Below are positions 16,375 to 30,100 of a stretch of DNA of 64,000 nucleotides, piece after piece; the first letter of the stretch is position 1; the number at the start of each line of letters is the position of its first letter. The notes beneath the pieces are model-generated. The model made no database searches, was not told the DNA's origin, and saw only the letters and a list, made by a program, of their open reading frames with translations. Position numbers and translations under genes: made by a program. The stretch comes from Macrostomum lignano. Taxonomy: Eukaryota. Location: positions 310,001-374,000 of the forward strand of contig NIVC01000860.1 of NCBI GenBank assembly GCA_002269645.1. Direction: 5' to 3'.

Positions 16375-16703
16375 GACTGACAGCTTGTAGAAATGCAAAA
16401 AATTGTAGCTGTCATTTTTAAATGTTTTTGTCTTTTTCGCTGAGAGCTGAAGTAATAAAGTATGAGCTGTCACTCTACTCAATTGAGACCGCTTCCTGAA
16501 GTAGGAACTCTCATAGAAAACGTTTGATAACGTGAAAAATAGTCGACAAATACTCTCGAATCACCTTTTCCACTGACACCAAAGTGGGTGCCACTCAAAA
16601 TTTTCTGTAAATTTCTTGAAGCCTTCCGTCAATAAAGGAAAGATTGCATACTTTTAGTTCTGCAGTCACCAGTTCCAGCATGGTTTCAACTGCCTCCGTG
16701 ACA
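16375..16703. repeat. Shared upstream module, copy 3
   Basis: Homologous to 9619-9958 along its whole length. Confidence 0.8.
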
Positions 16704-16736
16704 CAACCTTTTGTGTAGATTTTCTGCCTAATTTCA

Positions 16737-17195
16737 GTGTCAGTTGTGGCTCCCCGATTCCAGTATCAGTTGTGGCTCCCCGATTCCAGTGTCAGTTGTG
16801 GCTCCCCGATTCCAGTGTCAGTTGTGGCTCCCCGATTCCAGTGTCAGTTGTGGCTCCCCGATTCCAGTGTCAGTTGTGGCTCCCCGATTCCAGTATCAGT
16901 TGTGGCTCCCCGATTCCAGTGTCAGTTGTGACTCCCTGATTCCTGTGTCAGTTGTGGCTCTCCGATTTCCAGTGTCAGTTGTGGCTCCCCGATTCCAGTA
17001 TCAGTTGTGGCTCCCCGATTCCAGTGTCAGTTGTGACTCCCCGATTCCTGTGTCAGTTGTGGCTCCCCGATTCCTGTGTCAGTTGTGGCTCTCCGATTTC
17101 CAGTGTCAGTTGTGGCTCCTCAATTTCACTGTCAGGTGGTCCCCACTTCCAGTGTCAGTTGGTCCCCTGATTTCAGTGTCAGTTGGTCCCCGATT
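16737..17195. repeat. 26-nt minisatellite upstream of presenilin
   Basis: Unit CAGTGTCAGTTGTGGCTCCCCGATTC. Confidence 0.95.
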
Positions 17196-17406
17196 GACAT
17201 AATATCTATAGTACAAGCGGTACATCTGCGTCTCTGGATGGTACTTGACACTTGTACTTTGCTGCATGTACATTTCCCAGCCTGCCATAGACAATAAATA
17301 TACTCATTAAAACCTTTCTGATAGCTACAGAACAAAGCTAAAATGCTAATTTAGATTGTGTACTTATTTATTTCATATCTCAACTTAAAGCAAAAAAACT
17401 TGAAAC

Positions 17407-19953
17407 ATGCCGAAACAGCCGGTTCAAGAAATCAAGTTAAAGGCAAAGTCCGAATCAAATCGAAGTCATTCGCCAAGTTCATCTATTGGGCCGAATAATC
17501 GAAAACTCCAGCAAGAAAACCTGTTGCTTCTGCAGTTTCGCAAGAAACTCGAAAGATCAGCAAGCGACCTAATGGCCCTGTGGACACCTGTGAGCATCTC
17601 GCTGCTCACTGCCAGCGTGATGACCATGATCAGACAGGCTGGCCAGCGAGACACTTCAGCCGAAGATCATTGGGAGAATGTGCGGCATAATTTGCACAGC
17701 AGCAGAGGCGAGCTGCCGTTTCTTGAGCCCGAAATTGAACTCAATGCTGAGCGATTGATTGCTGCTAGCAACTCGGGCGGCATCAGCAAAGTTCACCTAG
17801 TACTCATCACCTGCGTTGTGGCTGTGGTTGTCATCGTCGTCATGTCATTCCTCATGGTACTGCTGCTCAAGCTGAGCTGTTTCCGATGCCTGAAGATCTA
17901 CATCAGCGTCACTTTTGTTATTCTGGGCGCGCATTTTGTTTTATTTTGGTTTTACACGGCTTCAAATGCGACAATGCTTCCGGTTGACTGGATAACCGCG
18001 ATAGTGTGCGCCTACAACTTCTTGGGTGAGTCTTCTTGGGCGCAGCTGGTCTGAAAAAATCACCAACGGACACCAAGTAATGGACACTATAGATAGTAAT
18101 ATAGACTAGGCTCTGCATTCTGTGCGCGTTCGCAACAATTTAACGGACGATTAGAAAGTCAGGGCCGCTGTATGTTCTCAGAAGTCAGTGGAATGGGCAG
18201 GATTGCCTCAGCGCTGTGGGTTGTGAGACGCCATAAGAGTACGAGACCTAATCCAAATAAAAGTACACACAGGCATGTCCTCTCCGCCCCGCAGCCATTG
18301 TCGCGCTGTCTATGGCCATGGGCCAGTCGGCGCCAAAACGCCTAGTCCAGGCAGTCCACGTGGTCCTAGCAGCCACCGTGTCCTACATCATCTCCAACCT
18401 GCTGCTTGGCGGTAGTTTTGTCTACGCCAGCCTGCTCTGCGTCGCGTTCTCCCTGTGGGACCTGTTCGCGGTGCTGTGCCCCCGAGGCCCATTGAACAGT
18501 TTGATTAAAATGGCCGAAGCTGAGACTCGAGTAACTGACTTTATGCAGCCACTTGTGTACACTGCCGCGGTATGGACGACTGTTACTGTGAGTTATTTTC
18601 AGTAGTATAGTGGGGACATACTACTGGTATGCAGCTCTTGATACCAGAGCTCGCATGAAGAATCATAAAAAGTTGCATTGTGCAGACTGACAGTTCAATT
18701 CTCGATCCGTTGAACCCTGAGCTGCATCATCTGTTGAATCCTGAGTTGCATCATCTGTTGAATCCTGAGCTGCATCATCTGTTGAATCCTGAGCTGCATC
18801 ATCTGTTGAATCCTGAGCTGCATCATCTGTTGAATCCTGAGCTGCATCATCTGTTGAATCCTGAGCTGCATCATCTGTTGAATCCTGAACTGCATCATCT
18901 GTTGAATCCTGAGCTGCATCACCTGTTGAATCCTGAACTGCATCATCTGTTGAATCCTGAGCTGCATCACCTGTTAAATCCTGAGCTGCATCACCTGTTG
19001 AATCCTGAGCTGCATCACCTGTTGAATCCTGAGCTGCATCATCTGTTGAATCCTGAACTGCATCATCTGTTGAATCCTGAGCTGCATCACCTGTTGAATC
19101 CTGAACTGCATCATCTGTTGAATCCTGAGCTGCATCACCTGTTAAATCCTGAGCTGCATCACCTGTTGAATCCTGAGCTGCATCACCTGTTGAATCCTGA
19201 GCTGCATCAATTGTGGAATTCGTTGAAACCCAATTTTATTTTAGCGGCAGGGGCCTGTGTGCACCCTGGCGCACTTTAAGCGACATTGTCACACAACCGG
19301 CAAGTGGCATTCCTGCCCATTCCGCCGACTCCCCTGAGCAGGTACATGTACGAGCACACAAGCGCGTGGATACGTACGCAGTCAAATGCACAGGCACACA
19401 CTCACACAGGAGTGTACAGCGGCCCCAACTTTATTTATCGTTAGGCATGTACACTTCACTGTGCTTTGGGGGTTGGCCCTCAATGCCGTTAATTGCACGC
19501 AAGCCGAGATTCCAATTTAGCCCCAAATTACTCGTAATGTGACTGCACTTGGAATCGAGCCTGGGCCGCTGGCACATCAGAGCGCCGCGCTGGACCGCTG
19601 GGCCCTCTCTGTTGTTGTTGAGTCCCAACCAATGGATCCCCATTCCGCAGGCGGTGACAGCCAAGCCAAAGGAGAAAATTCGAAGAGGCTCCCGTTTAGG
19701 CCTGGGCGACTTCATTTTCTACGGCGTGTTGGTTGCCACGGCAACCGTGCAGTGCGGCCCGGTGGGAGGCCTCGCCTGCTACGCTGCTCTGCTGCTCGGC
19801 TTCTGCCTGACCTTAGCTGGCCTGCGATGCCTGGGCAGAGCGCTGCCGGCGCTGCCTCTGCCTGTGGCCGCCGCCGTGGCCACCGTCTGCCTGTTGAACG
19901 GCTGCGGGATCGCCTACTTTGAGGCGCTGGCCGAGAGGCAGCTCATGGTGTGA
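17407..19953 (+). CDS. psen: Presenilin-family aspartyl protease (divergent), 3 exons, 404 aa
   Basis: Exons 17407-18025, 18295-18587, 19651-19953, with GT/AG sites and matching phases (1, 0). Motifs SLWDLFAVLCPRGPL, GLGDFIFY and PALP; C-terminus RQLMV. Confidence 0.92.
18712..19209. repeat. 24-nt minisatellite in presenilin intron 2
   Basis: Unit TGAATCCTGAGCTGCATCATCTGT, about 20 copies. Confidence 0.95.
19233..19605 (-). mobile_element. tRNA-derived SINE, about 370 nt
   Basis: Minus-strand head GGCCCAGCGGTCCAGCGC...CCAGGCTCGATTCC has A-box-like and B-box-like motifs. The 110-nt tail recurs at 23549-23657 and 23935-24043, and degenerately at about 18140-18225. Confidence 0.65.
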
Positions 19954-20695
19954 CTCGATTCTGCTCATAGTGTGAGAGGATTCTGCTCATAGTGTGACTC
20001 GATTCTGCTCATAGTGTGGCTGGATTCTGCTCATAGTGTGGCTGGATTCTGCTCATAGTGTTACTCGATTCTGCTCATAGTGTGGCTGGATTCTGCTCAT
20101 AGTGTGGCTGGATTCTGCTCATAGTGTGGCTGGATTCTGCTCATAGTGTGAGAGGATCCTGCTCATAGTATGACTGGATTCTGCTCATAGTGTGGCTGGA
20201 TTCTGCTCATAGTGTGAGAGGATCCTGCTCATAGTATGACTGGATTCTGCTCATAGTGTGATTCGATTCTGCTCATAGTGTGGCTGGATTCTGCTCATAG
20301 TGTGACTGCATTCTGCTCATAGTGTGACTCGATTCTGCTCATAGTGTGGCTGGATTCTGCTCATAGTGTGGCTGGATTCTGCTCATAGTGTTACTCGATT
20401 CTGCTCATAGTGTGGCTGGATTCTGCTCATAGTGTGGCTGGATTCTGCTCATAGTGTGGCTGGATTCTGCTCATAGTGTGAGAGGATCCTGCTCATAGTA
20501 TGACTGGATTCTGCTCATAGTGTGGCTGGATTCTGCTCATAGTGTGACTGCATTCTGCTCATAGTGTGACTGCATTCTGCTCATAGTGTAACTGCATTCT
20601 GCTCATAATGTGACTGCATTCTACTCATAGTGTGACTGGATTCTGCTTATAGTGTGAGAGGATCCTGCTCATAGTATGACTGGATTCTGCTCATG
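19954..20695. repeat. 22-nt minisatellite starting at the presenilin stop codon
   Basis: Unit GATTCTGCTCATAGTGTG plus GCTG, ACTC or AGAG. Confidence 0.95.
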
Positions 20696-21684
20696 GCATC
20701 TTTGAAGCTCATGGTGCGACAATATTATTCTCGTTCAGAAAATTTGTGCTCATAATGTTATGTATATGAGCTCAATATAGGGCTTATAATGTGACCTAGC
20801 AGTTTGCTCATGTTGTTTTTATCTGCAATCTGGTGATCTGTCTCCCGAACTAATTTGATCGTCAATAAAATATCTATGTCTGTTCTCTTGAATTAATTTT
20901 TCACTAGCAACTTGCTAATAAAGTCGGTCAAACAAATTCATTCGTGTCCATTAATTCTGAATAATCGTTTCGTTTTTTTTACAATTGCATAAAGAATGAA
21001 CGCTGCTAATATAAAACTTCTCGGCTCTGCACAAGGTCCTGCGGATCTGTGAGTAACAGGGAGGGAAAGGGGGAGGAAAGGGGGAGAGGGGGTGGTAGAG
21101 GGGGAGGGGAGAGAGGGAGAGGAAGGGAGAGGGGGAGAGTGAGAGTGAGAGTTGATTACAGTGCATATTTTAGTGTGCAGTGCAGAAAATTTTGATACAC
21201 AGGAGAGGCCGTTCAGAAGGCCAAAAATCTCGAGGCTTAAAAGAGAAGAAGTTGAAGTCTTGCAAGAAGAATGCAATAAGACCGCTTTCATATCATTTTT
21301 TCAGTCTACAGCTTATTACTAATAGCTCTGTGCGTACAGGCTGTGGGGGTAGGCAGGCTCACAATGTACACGCAGTGACCCTTGCGCGCCTGCGAACTCG
21401 AAGGAGACGGGGAGAGAGAGAGAGAGAGACGAACTCGCACCGCCATTACCTCCACCTCTTATCAGGGCCAATACATACCTATAACGAGATTTACGAATGC
21501 AAAACCATAACTGGAATTTGCAAGGGCTTTGGCTCGTAAAATTATTTGTTTACATTTGTAATCCGAACTAGAAATAGATTCTCATTAACCAATAGCAGTA
21601 AAATTCGTTATAAACTTAAATTTCAATAAACTTTCAACCATTTGATACAAAACTCGGCCTCCCTAACTTGCTTGCCAAAATAGC

Positions 21685-24559
<2,875 letters not shown>

Positions 24560-25239
24560 CAGATTATTAATCTATTTCTATGTGTGCATCCGTAAAACAA
24601 AAATGTTTTTCAACTTTTTGATTACTCGACCTATTGGCATCGTTTCTCGATGCGCTACTATCAGTAGGGCGAAGTAGTATTACTCAGCTTCTGTTAATAT
24701 AGTGTCATAATACTTAACTTCGGTAAAACTCGTAATTGGTGTTAGTACTTTTCCTTAGTAAAATATGCCACAATCAGTCACCCGTTAAATTTGTTATAGT
24801 TAGTGTTAATTTTTATTATATAACACATTTTATACAATACTTTAATATATTTGCGATGCTACTCGCAACTATGACAAAAAGTAGTATGATTGGGACTTTT
24901 TGTTTCATTTTGCGAGGTCAAATATAAAACAATTTGACTAAAATTTGTGTACATTGTTTAATTATTAATTAATAAATTGGTTCGAGTCACATTTGATGAC
25001 ATTTTTCAGACTTTTATTTTGATTGCAATCAGAAATTCACAATTAGATTACTGTTGATGGACACATTGGAGAGTGACTGGACAATGCAATACATGCCTCA
25101 ACTGTCGTGCAGGTGCCACGAGTGATTCGTTAAGCATATTGGAATAATGGGAAGATTTGCTTTCCAATTATACCTGTCTGTATCCGTGTGTGTTAGCTTA
25201 TCAATCAGCTAAATTGCTATTGTCTATCTGGTGCTGTGA

Positions 25240-25469
25240 CTGCCTGACTGGCTGACTGACTGACTGACTGACTGACTGACTGACTGACTGACTGACTGAC
25301 TGACTGACTGACTGACTGACTGACTGACTGACTGACTGACTGACTGACTGACTGACTGACTGACTGACTGACTGGCTGACTGACTGACTGACTGACTGAC
25401 TGACTGACTGACTGACTGACTGACTGACTGACTGACTGACTGACTGACTGACTGACTGACTGACTGACT

Positions 25470-25509
<40 letters not shown>

Positions 25510-25587
25510 TACTGACCGACTGACTGACTGACTGACTGACTGACTGACTGACTGACTGACTGACTGACTGACTGACTGACTGACTGC

Positions 25588-25620
<33 letters not shown>

Positions 25621-25638
25621 TTGAGTGAGTGGGTGACT

Positions 25639-25674
<36 letters not shown>

Positions 25675-25686
25675 TACTGACTGACC

Positions 25687-25729
<43 letters not shown>

Positions 25730-25742
25730 TTGACTGAGTGGG

Positions 25743-25778
<36 letters not shown>

Positions 25779-25779
25779 T

Positions 25780-25811
<32 letters not shown>

Positions 25812-25812
25812 A
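25240..25812. repeat. (ACTG)n microsatellite
   Basis: Direct inspection. Confidence 0.97.
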
Positions 25813-27111
25813 AGTGTTTGAAGTATGAAGTCACTATTCAGATACAAAAGTACTCCAGCCATGCCATCATGCAGCCATCAATATATTCTTGGAGCAAGTC
25901 TAAACGTTCATTTTTTTATCAAATATGTTTACAGCGTCAACGCTGAGAAAACTCTCGTGACGAACCACAGACAGAACGCAGTTTTGCCTGGCAGCATGGG
26001 TTTCAATAAGCTTTCTAAGAAGAGTTTTACGAGCGGGCAGGAATTATGGCTGCTCAGTCTCTCGCGGGGTGGGGGGCGAGGGTCTGCAAAAAAATTCGGA
26101 TTTGGCACGAAGCCGCAGGCCCTCAGTAACTCGGGGGAGAGAGAGAGATGGATAAGGCAGCCTCTCACTGCTCAGTCTACTGCAGTTGGCACCTTCGGAC
26201 TCGAAGATGCTTCATTTTTCGAGAGCTCAGGTGCTAAAGGTAAATAAATAGAAAAATAGAGAATTTCATTTCTAGAATAGACACACGCTTGGCGGGCTGA
26301 AAATTCTATTTTTTTATTTGAACGACTCCACAAGGAGCTCATTGTTGCTTTTGTCTGATTTTACTACGGTCGATGAAGCTCTGGCCCTGACGCCTTAGTC
26401 ACACCTTTTCAGGCTTGCCTTCTTCTGCGAGGCAGCCCGCCATGGAATCCTATGACACCTCATGCAATCAATGGACGATCAAGCTTTCCTTCTGCCACTA
26501 GGACGATCGCGTGAAGCTGGCATGCTTTCAATCGGAAGTGGCTTCATCAGATATTATCGACTTAAATTCAGAGAATTTATTATTGGAAACTGTCAAACGC
26601 GAAAAAAATTAGAGCGAACTCACTGCTCCTGCTGTCTCTTTTATGAATTTCTTTCTAGCTGGATTTCTTCTTGTCCGAAGACTGTCTGTGGTAAATCCCC
26701 ATCTGATCCTTTCGGAGCATGCATGTATGGAAAGTTCGAGTGGCGTCATTCGAGTTTCGGTGACAGCACGGATACAGAACGCTCTATTTCAATCCAGTTG
26801 TTGTTTTAATTCTGGTCGAACTCCATGGCCTGCTGTGCCATCCCCCAGACACACTGTCGCCCCAGCAAGCGTCTGACGGGAGTCGGTGCAGCCTCCTCAT
26901 TGGCTGAGGGCCACCAGCCCTCTCTCTCCCTCACACCCAGTGCCGAAGCTGCCCACCCACCCCAAACGCCAATTGAAGGGCGGCTGCAGGTCCGGAGACC
27001 TCGCAGGCAATCAACCCGCCTGAATCTGCTTTAATTTCCTAGAGCTCTCCGTTGGCCTCGTCAACCATTTTGAAGACTTTCCTTTCCTAAGTTTCAAACA
27101 GCACAGGTGCA

Positions 27112-30100
27112 ATGAGGACCTCTGCTGCAGCAAGCATTTTGCTGCTACTGCGGCTGCTTATGCTGGCGCCAAACTCGCAGGGCAGCGGCGGCGGCGGCTC
27201 GGGAACAGACGGAGACGGCTACAGCTACTACGCCGACAACATCGCCTACCTGAACAACCTGTGCTATCACCGCAATGGCCGGGCCAAGTTCTGCCAGCCC
27301 CAGTTTGAGAACCTGGCCGTCAACAAGCGTGTGGAGGCCAGCAGCACCTGCGGAGCCACCCCGGTCAGAATCTGCCGCCGGGAGGGCCTGCGGCACAGCT
27401 GCGAAGTCTGCGACTCGTCAAGACCGAAGCTCAGCCACCCGGCCAGTCACCTGACCGACTATCACCTGCACGGCAGCTGCTGGGTGTCCGAGCCGCTGCG
27501 GCCGAACCTCACATCCGTGAACTTGACCATCAGCTTCCACAAGAAGCACACGGTTTACTACATGAGCATCACCGGCTGCGGTGTGCAGCTGCCCGACGCT
27601 ATTGAGGTGTTCAAATCTGCCGACTACGGAGCTACCTGGCAGTTGTGGCACCTGTTCTCAAACAACTGCACCAGAGACTACGGCAAGCGCGGCTACTCGT
27701 ACCAGTTTCGCGAGATCATCCAGGCCAAGGAGGTCATCTGCAGCGACATCAACCTCATCACCAACATCAACGACCTTGGCGACAACCAGCTGCAGCAGCC
27801 GGTGCTCAGCTTCAGCACCAACTTCAACCGGTACTCAACTAACGGCAACTACGAGAAAGACCCCGTCATCATCGACTGGATGCTGGCCACCGACATGCGG
27901 TTGGTGCTGCGGCGGCATCCGTTCAAGAACGGCTCCGTCTTGGCCCAGCCGTTCGCCTTCTCCAACCTGGACATCGGCGGCAGGTGCTTCTGCAACGGGC
28001 ACGCCAGCAGGTGCGTCTCTAAGCCTGGCGGCGACGGCGGCCAGGTGTGCGAGTGCGCGCACGGCACCGAAGGCGACGACTGCGAAAGGTGCAAACAGTT
28101 CTGGGTGGACCTGCCGTGGCGCAGGGGCACCCTGTCTGATCCGTCTGAGTGCAAGCGTGAGTAGCAGATATTTTGTCCAGGTATTTCCACTACTCGTCAA
28201 TTATTGTGTTAGGTCGGTCTTCTGATAACTGGTCAGGTAAATGTGTCAAGGAAATTGTGTCAGGTCTCGCACTGGCGTCGCACCTGATCAAAGCTGAGCC
28301 GATGGGCAGGCAGTCGCTAACATTTCTAAACCGCTTCCAGTGCGCAACTTCACTGACTGCTGTTTGTCTAACTGGACTTGAAGTGAAAATCTCTGGGCTT
28401 TCGCTTAGCATAACCGCATGCTTTTTGCTGCGATTTATCTAACCTTGCTAATTCAATTATGCTCGTATGCATGACACCTCACGGCCTGGGAGCCCTGATC
28501 ACAGCTGAGAACAAGCAAGTAGACATAGGCCTATAGGTTAACAGAACTCAAAGAAAGTCTCAAGCTCTCACACAATGCCCTGTGCTCGGTCACGCAAGAT
28601 GCGCTTTTTTGATTCGCCGTCCACCGCCTCACCTGAGCTGGGGCAGTCGGGATGGACGGGAGTTTCTTCTTCAACGGATTTCTTTCTTAACGACAATTCG
28701 AACGTGACTTTCGTTCCAAATTCCTCAAGTTCACATGGAGGAGCTCTGCGGGTCAGTGAGCACTGGAGAGCTCAATTCCCGAGCAATTCGAGTATCTTTT
28801 TCTTCGACTTGACAAATAAGAGATTTGTAGTCGAAAACCTCCAGGGAATTGGTCGTTTACTGAGAGACACACGAAGAAAACAAACTACCGCAGGGCGCAC
28901 AACCGCCGTGATTCGTCAAACGCATGCTTTGAAGATTAGTTCTCGCGTGGGCGGGAATCGAACCCAAGGTTACTTTTGGGTACTTTGGGGTAGAGGTGCG
29001 CGCAGGTACAGGCGTGTACAGGTAGAAGCGCGCACAGAGACGTGCACAGGTAGAAGCGTGCAGAGGTAGAGACGTGCACAGGTAGAAGCGTGCAGAGGTA
29101 GAGACGTGCACAGGTAGAGACGTGCCCAGGTAGAGACGTGCCCAGGTAGAAGCGTGCACGGGTAGAAGCGTGCAGAGGTAGAGACGTGCACAGGTAGAGG
29201 CACGCACAGGTTGAGGCACGCACAGGTAGAGGCACGCACAGGTAGAGGCGCACACAGGTAGAGGCGTGCACAGGTAGAGGCGCACACAGGTAGAGGCGTG
29301 CACAGGTAGAGGCGCACACAGGTAGAAGCGTGCACAGGTAGAGACGTGCACAGGTAGAAGCGTGCAGAGGTAGAGACGTGCACAGTTAGAGAAGCGCACA
29401 GGTAGAGGCGCACACAGGTAGAGGTGGGGCACTATTTTGGCGCGAGAACTTACCGCTCCCGAGACACTCACTCTGCCTCTTGGATAATTTGTGTGCCGCT
29501 AAACGTATATTACTAACAGAAGACACCATTATAACCTGCTCGCTTTGCTTAACAACCGCATGCAGTCTAACACTAAACCGAATGCTTCCGTACCTAACCG
29601 CCCATCCCTCTGCGCTAGCCTGCAACTGCAACCTGCACAGCCAGCGCTGCAGTTTTGATCAGGCGCTGTACACCAAGGCGAGAGGCGGCGGCCGGTGCCA
29701 GCAGTGCGAGCACAACACCGCTGGAGCTCACTGTGACACCTGCTCACCTGGCTATTATCGAGACCTGACCAAAGACATGACCAGTCCAAAAGCTTGTCAA
29801 GGTAAATATTTCAAGCATAATTATTGGGACTATCAACCGAACCCGATTAACAGGTTGCGACTGTCACTCGCACACCGATCGGTGCTACTTCGATGCCGCG
29901 GTGTTCCAGAGCAGCGCCGCTTCTGGCGGCAGCGGCAGCGGGGGCGTCTGCCTGGGCTGCCGGCACAACACCGCGGGCAGGCAGTGCAGCGACTGTCGGC
30001 CCGGATTTCATAGAAATCGCAATGTGCCGCCCGACAGCGCCAGGGCCTGCACTCGTGAGTTGGAGACGGAAATCTAGCAGTCAGGCGCCAAGTCTAGCAG

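Noticed and set aside
18680-19279. LLNPELHH repeat ORF as a presenilin loop exon
   Set aside because: No suitable splice sites were seen, and exons 2 and 3 already join in phase.
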